NCBI GenBank assembly: GCA_037447605.1
Contig: CM074819.1
Location: 1,262,297-1,326,296, forward strand
From: Zygnema circumcarinatum SAG 698-1b
Lineage: Eukaryota > Plantae > Zygnematophyceae
Length of the DNA stretch: 64,000 bases
Direction of reading: 5' to 3'
Of the stretch, positions 36,162 through 47,740 are shown in pieces (within the stretch, counting starts at the first letter, position 1; each line of letters opens with the position of its first letter). The position numbers and the translations under genes were made by a program. A model generated the notes under the pieces. The model worked only from the letters and a program-made list of their open reading frames with translations. It searched no databases and was not told the DNA's origin.

Positions 36162-39100
36162 ATGGCGGAGAGGACGTTTGACGACGGAGAGAGTGAGGTG
36201 GAAATCAGGATTCCACTTCCTGAGGATGTTTCTGCGGCGACAGCCGTGCGCAGCTTACTAGTGGAGTGCCATCCTACTTCCTTGAAGGTGAAATGCAGGA
36301 CGTTTTAGACGCTTGGAAGAGCATCCATTGCATTATATGCCTTGTTAAAGAACGCAAAATGGCTGTTTTTGTATTCTTATATTTGAACTATTAAATTAAA
36401 AAAAAATCAAATGAAAAAATTGTGACCGATTGTTGTTTTCCTGTATTTTCCATTCTGAACTAAGTGACATGCAACAGACTTGCACGACTGAACGTATTGA
36501 AGGGTCTACTTATTCAAATGCATGGGTAAAATAGTTAAAAAGTCATGATGATGATTGTTGCCTCTGAGCAGGTACTTATCGTGCCGCTTCTTTGGTTTGA
36601 TAATGCTAGCATTCTTACACAGTCGAACCCTTACGTAAGATTCACTTATGTGTGTAAGCGTCGTCTGAAAGCATAGATTTTTGTAAAATATTGCGTGTCC
36701 CCATGGCAATACGTTTAGCATTCTTGCAGTCACAGAACTGCTCTGACTGTGCTCGGCCGAAGCTTGACGGAATTGACAGCCTGTGCGCTTTTCCTTTAAC
36801 TGCAAGGCTCTCCCTTAGTGGTATCAATTCTCCCTTGCACATGTCTGCTTGGAAAGCTGTCCTTCCTCCTCTGTCTTTCTTCCTTCTTTGCGGCTTCTAT
36901 CTAAGTTTGAATGGCGGCGTGCAAACAACTGAGAGCAGCTAAAAGTAGAGCTGATTGACTTTTGACTTCAAGTTTTGAATTGACTATCTGCAGTTTAGTA
37001 CTGATAATGGTGGTTGAAGCTGTGTTGTTGCAGGTGCTGCGGCGGGACGGAGGCCCTCCCCTGTTGGAAGCTTCTTCGCTGTATGAGAAGGTGCGGTCGG
37101 ATGAAGTGGCATGGTACGTGGAGAATGGAAAGATTGTGATCACTTTACAGAAGGTTGTGAACCGCAAATGGCCCGCTCTCACAGACGGAGAGGCACTAGA
37201 AAAGAGGTTTGGGCCCATTCATCTTCCACCTATCAACAAGAAGCCTCGGGAGAAGGACGGGGCAGGTGCGATGGAGGCCAAGAGTAAAGTGGAGCGCTTG
37301 TTGAAGACTGCCCGGAGTGGAGACTTAGAGACATTCAAAGAGGCAGCTCAAGCGCTGAATGAGGGAAAAGAGAGCTTGACGACGTGTGTAGACGAGGTGA
37401 AGGATGCGAGTGGAAGGGGAGCCCTACATTTTGCCGCTCATAAGGGCCGAGTGAACGTTGTGGAATATCTTTTGGATGATCTCAAGCTGTCGCCTAATGT
37501 AAGGGATGACGAGGGAGAGACGCCACTGATGTTGGCAGCGAGAGAGGGCCAATTAGAGGCTTCGAGGTATTTGCTGGACAGAGGTGCAGACCTCAAACTC
37601 GTGGCGGAAGCAACAGGCGCACAAGCGATTCATCATGCTGCAGGTCATGGTGAGATGGTCAATCTAACGTTTGCCTGTAAAGGTCGATAGAATATGAGTC
37701 GGTTTAGACATCAAAACTTGGTTCCTACAGTAGTACATGACACAACCGTTCGAATCTCTGGAAGGTTTTCAAATGCGTTTGTTGGTTGACGGTCGTGCCA
37801 ACGTTTACATGTCTGCCAGCAGAGAAATGGTCACAATCTCAATTTATTTCGTGGAAGTTATTTCGTCCGAGCAAGATAGGTCAAGGAGTCTAGAAAATCC
37901 AAAAAACATCATGGGCTTAGTTTTAACACAAGTATCTGTTCTGTAATTGTGCAATTAGTTCCGCTTGAATGGAAGTAGAAGTTCTCCATATGTAGGGGTC
38001 CAAAGTCAGAGAAAGAAAAGACGCAAGAATAACAATCGATACATATAATGAAGTCTTAATCACTGTTTATCTCCACTCTTTCCATACACAAGGGTGTATT
38101 AACCTTTTACTTATTACCTTTCACTTCATTACGACAACAATGCACATTGGTGCACATCTTGCACTCATTGTAATGTAGCCCTAACGGATGCCCAAAACTT
38201 CATACGTTAATATACAAAGAATTGCTTGTGCAGGCGCTCTCGATCTGGTGCGACTCCTAGCGGAACGAGGGGCAGATGTGAACGCTCAAAGCGATGCAGG
38301 TCCCCCTCTTCTGTGGGCGTGCGGACATGGCCGGAAAGATGTTGTGGCTGAGCTCATCGGCCTCGGGGCTGACCCTAATCTAGCCAATGAAGATGGAGTG
38401 ACTTCCTTATTGACAGCAGCAGCTGCCAAAGAAATGGACATCGTGGAGATCCTTGTGAATGTGAGCCTGGAGTTTCCTTCCTCTCGTTCAGACTTGAAGA
38501 AATGTCAAGTGCTTTCAACGTCTCTGACTTTCTTGAAAGCTGAAACAGGGCAAGCATGGAGGCAGCTGGTTTATGGCTGTTATGTTTTCGTCGTCCTAAA
38601 TTCTATTTGTGAGAGTGCAGCATGGAGCAGATGTCAACCGATCAGCAGGTGGAGGAGTGACACCACTTTTTGTGGCAGCCAATGAGGGCACTCTGCGAGG
38701 TGTCAACATGCTATTGGCTGCCGGCGCAGATCCCAATGCTTTAGATGAGGCAGGTTCTGCATCACCATCCTTTTTGCCGGCCGAAAGTCTGGGTCGCACA
38801 CGCCGCATCCCCCCATTTCGTGACTCTTTATTTACATGAACGTAACGTGTAGATAGGCTCCCTAACTTCCTAATCTTCAACCTTGACCCTTGTCTAGTGG
38901 CTAACGTAATGACCAAGTGCTCCTTGAAGCAGGAAGGAGCGAAGCCCATTATGGCAGCGGCTGCACAAGGCCACCGGGAAATAGTGGAGCGCCTTCTTTC
39001 TGTGACAACTCCTGATCCGGAGCTCAATGAATGGAGTGTCGAGGCTTTGCTTGAGAAGGCCGAGCATCCTTCATCCTTGCAGAAGAGCGAAGTGGGACCC

Positions 39101-40290
39101 ACAGAGGTTAGTACAATGATGCTACTTCAAGGCCAGACTGTGGGGAGAAAAATGTCTAAATTTCAGGCTTTTGGGTTTCATTCAGTGAATTGAAACCTGA
39201 GCTTTTGTATGTTGCAGGCTGCTGTTTTCAGTTTCTCTACTTCAAGGTTTAGGGTTCAAGGGTGATCTCACAGCATGCTATTGCCTTTGTTGCGCAGTTA
39301 GTGCCTGTGGGTGAGGAGGAATCCTCTCGACCTCTCTCATCAGCAGATGGAGGTCCAGCAAGTGGTCCATCTGGTCAAGCTCTTTCAGATACTGCAGGGA
39401 AGCAACAAGCAGCATTGGATGCTAAAGCTCGGGGAGATACTGCTTTCAAGGAGCGGAAGTATTCTGAAGCGATAGATGCCTACACGCAGGTAGGACGAAA
39501 GGGCGTCCAGCAAGAGGGTAGCTAAATGAGAAAGGAATCACGAATTCGTGAACTTTCTGCCTTCTCAAATCCTGACTCTATGTATCGTCCATGTGGCACT
39601 ACTCAGGCCCTTGATTTGGATCCTGAAAATGCGGCACTGCTGTCCAATCGCAGCCTCTGCTGGATGAGAGTTGGGCAGTCAGAGCAGGCACTTCTTGATG
39701 CTCGGGAAGCTCGAAGACTTCGCCCCGACTGGTCAAAAGCATGCTACAGAGAAGGCTCCTCACTTCGCCTTATGCAGGTGAAAAGACTTGCAGAGTGCAG
39801 GCGGTAAAGGGTGGGGAAAAATTGAGGGCAGTGGCATGGGATGAGTTTGGCTTAAGGACGGCGGAGATGGTGAAGTCACTGAGAATGATTTGATAAAGCT
39901 ATGCTGCACACTGCTGATATGTACAGAGATATGAGGAGGCGGCTGTGGCGTTCTATGAAGGAGTGCAGTTAGACCCCAACAATATGGAGCTGACGTCCGC
40001 TTTCCAGTATGGTTCACAATTGTGCCTTCCTTTTGGGAGCTCAGAGCTCACGTTCCATGGGGGGTTAGTTGAAGGGATCTGAGAGAGTAGAGGGTGCCTT
40101 CTTGAAAGCTTCAAGGAGCCCTGCATGTTCTTGTGTGTGGCACGTATCTTATTGATCCCATGTTGTATTGGATTTTGGGGTTCCCTGTGTTGTTGACAGA
40201 GAGGCTGTGGAGGCTGGACGGAAGGCTCACGCAGCATCGGTGGCAAAGGAGGCATCGGGGGAACCCCACTCCTTACCGACTGTAGCATGA
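36162..40290 (+). CDS. CS(p23/NudC-like)-ankyrin repeat-TPR protein, multi-exon
   Basis: Exon 1 (36162-36287) joins exon 2 (from 37034) in frame: EVEIRIPLP...DEVAWYVENGKIVITLQK..KW (CS-like). Then ankyrin repeats (GRGALHFAA, GETPLMLAA, GVTPLFVAA) and TPRs (KARGDTAFKERKYSEAIDAYTQAL, SNRSLCW, WSKACYREG). Confidence 0.85.
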
Positions 40291-41232
40291 AATTCTAATC
40301 TGAAACCACTAGGGCTAGAGCGCGTTTTGTAGCTTATGCAATTGAGGTAGAAGATATCCCCTTCTATGTGTGCCATCCAGCTGCGTGCTGGACAGCCACT
40401 GGCTAGTCTATGTTTTACTAATTCGGAGAAAAAGTGAACTAGGTTTTTGCTTGTAAATCAATCGGCTGGCGCTTCTAGAATAGTGGTAGACTGGTAGGGC
40501 CTTCAGTATGACGGTAATGGCTACATATCGTGAGCTCAATGCCATTTACTCTCATACATGCCAGTGAAGGGATGGCATGACATGGTCGATATCATCGACC
40601 TTGACCTTGACATGTGAGAGTGGAGCAGGTGGTTAACGCTTCACTTATTGGAATTCGAGTTGTCAAAAGCATCGGGGGCGCTTGAAGGCGAGAGAACGGC
40701 TGTGCTGTACTTGGAAGGTGTGAGAAAAGTAGAAATTGGATGATGTGCTGTGCCGCCATCAAATCACCAAACCATTCTTCATTTAGGTCGAAACAATATG
40801 CACGTACATGTTTTGGCAAATTTTATGGTTCGAAGACTTGATTGAAATGGTTGGGACATCAACAAAGCCGACCTGAACTTTCGCATTCACATCCGGCTTG
40901 GGAATGATCTTTCCTTTCAGAATTTTCTTGCCATAAAAATTTGGGCTTGTGGTACCATGAAAAGTGTTACAATTCTTGTTGCAATAACAACATGCCTAGT
41001 CCCAACAAATCTTACATTGTTACTTACAACTTTTTGAAGAAAAAAGATTTACATTTTTACCATTTTTTACCCCACTTCCCTTCCCTTCGCTCGAGCACGC
41101 ACAGACGAGTCCGCGAAGCCCCGCTCTTTCCCTCCGTCGCTCCTACTCTCCTCTTCCCAAAGAGACGATCTGTCCTGCTCGCCTCTCTCTCCCTTCTCTG
41201 CCTCCCTCTGCCCCCCCCTCTGCACGGGCAGC

Positions 41233-44200
41233 ATGCTGGTGGAGCTCTCCGTCTTCTCTGAGGAGCGCTTTGACGCCAAAGCATGGGTCAACTCTGCCTG
41301 CTCGGCGCGACCCCCTGAGGAGGCCGTGGACAAATACCTCTCTGAAGTGGAGATTAAGCTGCAGCTGCTTGCAGGTCGGCCGCCATCCTCTGCATTTTAT
41401 ACAGGACAATTTATACATCAGAAAGGGGAGGGACATCGTCTCCTTTTAGTTCAGGAGGAGAATGATGAATGTCCTCTGCGTCTTCTGAAAGTAGAGTCGC
41501 GCGGTACATGCCCTTGTGTGTCGCAGAGGACATAGCTTCAAGCTTGGAGGAGCTTAGTTCCAATGCCCTCCTCCGTGTTCCTCGCGCTGTTCGGGAGACC
41601 AACCGTGTTCGGGATGATGCACTCTCTCTCCGCGGGACTGTGGGCGGAATCCTGCAGCGCCTCGAGCAGGTCAGTCTGAACAGCACCTGCAATGATACTG
41701 TTTTGGGATCAATGCGCTGCTGGATCTGCACAATAGACTTCCAATGGCCGTTCATGAGAAGGTAGGAGCAGAGGATTAGTTTATCCGACGAGCATTAGGG
41801 CCACCGAATTGCTTCAGCTGCAAAGGTGTTGACATTTTAGGCTTTGTATGCAGGCGGAGGGGAGTTCTGCGCAGTCAGTCGCAGCGCTGGCCCGAGTGGA
41901 TACTGTGAAGCAGCATATGGAGGCTGCCCGTTCCACTCTTCAGGTACGCAGGTCACCATGAAAGAAACCTCATTGGAAAGGGATAAACTGAAACTTTGTT
42001 GACTTTGTTTAACTTTGCAAGGCTGTGTTGCTGCACCAGAAAAAGCAGCAGTAGCGGCATTGTTTATGCTGGTAGTTCGTAGAAACGCGGGCATGTTTGC
42101 ATGATAGGTATATTCTTACGAGATGTTTTTCATTCGTGTTTTTTGATTCAGGATGCAGCAGGGCTGGCTCAGCTGAGCGCCTCCGTGGAGGAGGTGTTTG
42201 CCAGTGGTGATCTTCCAAGAGTTGCAGAAACGCTGGCTTCTATGCGGAAATGCTTGGCGGTGGTGGGTGAGGTGAGCGGCTCAATCCTTACTCGGCAGTC
42301 TATCAATGTAAAACTCTTGCAAATCACGAGTTTCTCTACAATAACAAAAGCAATTGCTTTTTACTTGAACAAGAGATAAAAAGGCATCGGAACTCGTTTC
42401 AAATTACTACGCAGTACGACTCTTTCAAAAGTACTTCCACGTGTTCCACGTCCGTTCGAGATTGAACACCTTGAATTCTCCCCAAATTGTCATCTTTTTC
42501 GCTCCCCGCTTCGAGTTTTCTTCACATGCACCACCTTTTGCATTGTCTCCATTTCTTTGACAGAAGCATGCCAGTTTTACTTCTCCGCACTACTTGCAAA
42601 TTCTCCAAATTAACACCCTTTCCGGATTTTGCACCTTTTTCCCCATTTCTTCAATATAGTATGCGAGTGTGCGCTAGACCAGAGTAGTTGAGTCGCGTAC
42701 AGTGTAAAGCCTGAGGCTATGCAATTCATTAACATGATTCCACGCATTTACTCTTCCTCGGACCTCCAGGACAAACTAATTTACTACACAGCCTACAGTT
42801 ATGAGATCTGCTTGGGGTTACTGCAACACCAAGTAACCAAAAAAACATGTTTGTCTCATCCCATTAGACGAATCAGTTCTTCGTTTGTCCTCTATCACCC
42901 CTGCACACTTCGAGCTTCTTACCTTGGCAAACTAGTGCAGGAAACTATGCCCATTGTTTCAGTAGTCTCTCCTATTGCTGATTCTGCATTGCTGCTCCGT
43001 CCCGTACAGGTCCCAGAATTTGCAGATGTGAAGCGACAGCTGGCAGTGTTGGAGGACCGGTTGGAGCAAATGGTGCAGCCCCGCCTGTCAGATGCACTCA
43101 ACCAAAGGAAGGTGAGAACAGGGTTTAAACACGTAAGAAACTACACTGGTTGAGAACCTCTCTTTCGCTGGATTAACACTTGACCACTATTGTTATTGCT
43201 ATTTTGTTGTTGTTATTGTTATTGTTATTATTGTTACTATTGTTATTGTTATTTACCACTATTGTTTTTGTCCCGGCGATGAAGCAAGATGCCATTTGAT
43301 AGAAATTGCTCGTGGTGTGTGGAAAATGCAGGTTGATTCTACGCAAGCCCTACGAGATATCCTCATTGCTATTGGCCGCTATGAAGCCCTAGAGCAGCAT
43401 TACACACGTGTGCGGCTCCGACCCCTTCGGCGAATGTGGGAGGAATTTGACAGTGCGGGAATGCCATCTAAAGTGGCCGAGACAGGTGTGTATTGTGGAC
43501 CTAACTACTACCACTGTTACTATCACCTTTTTGATAGAGTCTGCATGTGCCAATGAATACGCATTTCCTTACGCAGAGTATCGAACCGTCAGAGGAAACC
43601 ATCTGAACTATGAGTTTTCCGAATGCGAATCCTGATTTGCTCGGCGATGGCGATGCATAAGAGAAAAACACATAACCTACGGAGAAATGAGCTAAACCAA
43701 CAACCCCTAGCTTGTACTACAGAAAGACCTCCAGGATTGATTCTCTTTCCACTCCCGTCCTAACACTACCTTAACTCTGCTGTTGCCATTGCAGCCAATG
43801 GCGTGCCGCCACCTGTCCCTGCAGTAAAATCCGGAGGTGCCCGCTTTGCTGATTGGCTGCCGCGATTCTATGACGAGGTCCTCCTCGCGGTGGAGCAGGA
43901 GGTGCGATGGTGCGCGTTGGCATTCCCCGAAGAGCACCGTCTGCTTGTACCCCATCTGCTGGCAGAGACCATGGCAGCCATCTCTTCGAGCTTCTCTGCA
44001 CGAGTAGATGCTGCTGCACAGGAGGCTACTTCTGCAGGCACAGGTGGACTCGCAAATGCAGGTATTGAACCTCTCTTCATCTCGCTTGTCTTGAACATGC
44101 GTTGTTAAAAGGATAGTTTTTTCTTGGAAAGGTGAATGGATTGGTTTTGGGAGTGTGAAGGAAGTTGAACAAAATGATGATTAAGTTTGGAGCTTTCCTG

Positions 44201-46630
44201 AATTTAAGGAATTTCAGTATGCTTTCTTTCAGCATTGCAAGTTTGTTCACATGGACTCCGCTGGGGTCAAAACACGCTTTCCGTTATCAAACTTTGTCAA
44301 ACTTTCAACAACAAACTGTAAAGAGCATCTACCTGATGGCTAGAAGAAATCTTCATCCTGATCTCAATCCCAATCCCCATCATTAGTATGATCTCAACCA
44401 CTACCACACCTTCAGTGTCGTCCTTCAGTCCCCCTTCCTTCAACTGATCCAAAGTCAACCCCCTCTTATTTCTTAACAGGTGCCGATACCTCCTTCACTA
44501 TAACCCACCCCACTTCCCGGCTAGCAACCCTAATAACATTGCACAGTATGACCGGAGCATTTGCAAGGAATGTGCAGCACCTATTGGCTGATGCTGGAAC
44601 AAGCACTACGGAACTGACCCATGTTCTGAGAGCCGTATATGTTCCTTTTGAGCCGCACAAGCAGCGCTATGGTGAGCTTGAGAAGGCGCAATTGGTAGCA
44701 GAAGTTGGAAGGCTCGATCTGAGGGGGGCAGTGCCTAAGGGAGTGGGGGCCCGCGGCCTTGAACTCTCAGAAACGGTTCGTCGCATGGAGGTGAGACTCC
44801 GTTTTTTGGTCCCTTTTGAGGGTCGGAAGGAAGGATGGAATTTGGGGTTTTACTGTGGTTGAGTATGAGGGTTTCTTATGCGGAGAGTGGAGAGCACTAG
44901 TAAATCTGCAGAGATTTAATTTCCCATTTTGGGTTTGTCGTGCACGAGAACAAAGAATGGGTCAACAGTTGCAGAGGGAGAGCGAGTCTTTGCTGAGCAG
45001 CCAAAAATTCCTTTTCCTGATGCCAATGTCTGCCTTTTGAATGTTGTAATTTGATCAAACTATGGAGTGTTGATTGAAGATTTCTCCTTTTACAATGTGA
45101 TCATCCTTCAGGCGTCCGTACCCGAAGTCATGGTTGCTCTAGAAGCTGCAGTCGACCGTTGCCTCAACTTCACAGGGGGGTCCGAAGCAGAAGCTCTATT
45201 GCGAACAATAGATGAAGTCACACTTCTCTATCTCTCCCACCTTTTTGACTCCCTCAGATCTCTCCGACCAGTGTGCGGCCTTGAGGTGAGGGCACATCAC
45301 AATGGGGGAGGCTCTGAAAGCACTATTGCGACCTCTGGGAGAGGAGGAGGAGAGGAGGGAGAGGATGCACATGATTTGGGGATTTCTGGAGGGGCAGATG
45401 TGGTATTGGAGGAAGAGGAATGGGCCCTTGTGCAGGGGGCATTGCAGCTTTTGGCTGTTGCAGATAGTCTGGGCAGTCGATCAGCCGTGTTTGAAGCCTC
45501 TATTAGAGCGGCGTTAGGGAGGCTAAGCAGCAGGTTCTTGTTGGGAGGCAGTGTAGGGGAGGGTGGTGGGTCAGTAGAGGGAGAGGGAAGTAGGAAGGGA
45601 GGGCGAGAGTGGAGTTCAGGAAAGGAGATGGGCGTAGCAAGTGCTGCCTTGTTGGACGCTGCGCTGCTGAGGCTGACTGACGCTCCGGAGAAGGCACAAC
45701 GATTGGCCAGGTGAGTGTGAGGGAGAGGGAGAGGGAGAGGGAGGGAGGTATGGACAAGGAGAGGGAGCTGTCGGGATGGGAGAGAGCTCTCTACTTCTAC
45801 TTTGCATGTGTGCTCGCTCTCACTGAGAGCAGCTCCTTTCCAACTTGCTGCCTATGCTGGTACACAAAGAGAATGTATCAAGTAGCTAATGACTCCTTCC
45901 GTATCCTTTGACAGCATGATCTGATGGCTTTGTCTTCTCTGTCTATGTCTTTCCTCTCCGCCTCCTTCCCCTTGGCAGCTTATTGGAGCAGGCCCGCGAT
46001 CCCAGATTCCATGCTCTCCCTCGTACAGCGCAGCGGGTGCAGAGTTTCCAAGAGTCAGTAGCAGAGCTTGTGTATGATGTGCTCATTTCAAAGGTGAGAC
46101 GTAGTCTCGCCGGCTTAGCTCAAAAGCCGATATGGAAAGCCGCGGAGGAAGAAAACGCATTTGATCTCCCCAGCTTTAGTGCATATCCTGAGAATTACAT
46201 CACAGTAATTGGGGAGTATCTCTTGCAACTTCCGCAGCAGTTAGAGCCCCTTGCTTTAGCTGACTCTGGGTCAGGAGGGGCCCCCTTAGAAGAGGGTGAA
46301 GGTGGCGAGGAGCAAGGGTATTTTGCTACTGAGTGGATGTTTAAGGTGGCTGAAGGAGCTACAGCGCTTTACATAGACCAGCTCCGTACCATTTCAGAGC
46401 TTTCCGAGCGTGGAGCGAAGCAGTTGGCAGTCGATATTGAGTATTTGTGCAATGTTCTCGCGGCGATGTCTATGGCAACACCGCCAGTGTTGGGGACCTT
46501 CCAAGCTTGCTTGGCTGTTCCAAATGATGGTTTAGCTCAGCTTGTAGAGCAGGAGGCAGGGCCAAAGGGGTCCTTGGACTCGTCCACTGCACGTCTGGTT
46601 GCCAAGATGAGGAAGGTTGTTTTAGAGTGA
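41233..46630 (+). CDS. COG7: Conserved oligomeric Golgi complex subunit 7, multi-exon
   Basis: N-terminus FSEERFDAKAWVNSAC...KLQL, ALLRVPRA, DAAGLAQLSASVEEVFASGDLPR, LEDRLEQMVQPRL; C-terminus FSAYPENYITVIGEYLLQLPQQLEPL, KQLAVDIEYLCNVL, as in plant COG7. Confidence 0.92.
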
Positions 46631-46711
46631 GGACTGGTCCCAACTCGCTCTGCTTTGGAGCCCTCTTCTTCTTGTTCTACAATATAGCGCTAATGGGCAT
46701 AGCCTCTCTGG

Positions 46712-46760
46712 AGGCAAGGCAAGGCAAGGCAAGGCAAGGCAAGGCAAGGCAAGGCAAGGC
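46712..46760. repeat. (AGGCA)n pentanucleotide microsatellite
   Basis: About 10 tandem AGGCA units. Confidence 0.95.
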
Positions 46761-47740
46761 TCTCCCCCTGCCAATGTTTTGGGTGCAGCAATCGATTGAA
46801 AAGCCATATAAATTTTCAAAGTCTCCTTCACAAAGTCTCCTTGACCACTGGCAATGTTGACAAAAGTCTTGCACCTTTCAAAGTTATTCATGAGTCTCTT
46901 TCCTCACAGAAGTTTTACACTTTTCAAAAACTTGCACAGTACTCTCCTCGAACACAAGCACTTCAAAAAAGACTTTGACACTTTTTTAAAAGTTGCATAT
47001 CGTTCGTTTGGACATAATTTGAAACATGCTCGTCTCTCGTACACTATGCTTTCATTCTCTTCATTGTCTCTCAGTTTCAATGCACGGTTGACATCGACTT
47101 GCAGTCACTCTCGTTACTCTTTCGTTGACAAGAGAAAAGTGACTTTTCTATGGCCACCGAACAGACCATCACGTCTGATAGTGCCCTCTACTCTTTTGAG
47201 TTTTAGGATGCCCTTCTTTCCAGCAGTAGAATCCAAATCCAGTGTTCTTTTTTTGGGTCTTTCCATGACTCGCTTTGACTCTCTGGTCGTCTTCCGAGTA
47301 AAGTTTTTTCCTCCGCAATCTTCCTCCACCTGTGGGTGTCGAATCAATGAACTGCGCCCTTCCATCAGGGCATTACAAATCATGAACAAGATTCCATACA
47401 AGGTCGAACTCGAAGCTAGTACATGGTTTCCTAGGAAATCTCTTAGTAAACTGACTGCTTTTTTAATCGAATGCAGCTAAACCCTCACGATGTTTTTGAA
47501 GATCGACAAGCTCATTGTGGGCACTTTTCAATGGCGTGGGCCGGCCTGGTTCAGTCACGTGAGCACCTTCTTCCACAGAGAGCTCTGATAAGACTCCCTG
47601 CAGGGCAGCCTCAATGAATTTCCCATTAACAAACATTCGTCAAATGGAAATATTTCCACATGAAACTTTACCGAACATGGCCAGATAACCAGTCTGGTTG
47701 ACTCAGAGATAGCCCGGTTAATGACAAAGGCTCCTTATCT

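Noticed and set aside
30656-45908. U12-type donor words GTATCCTT at 30656 and 45901
   Set aside because: Both lie inside introns already explained by in-phase GT-AG U2-type junctions; no matching exon boundary.
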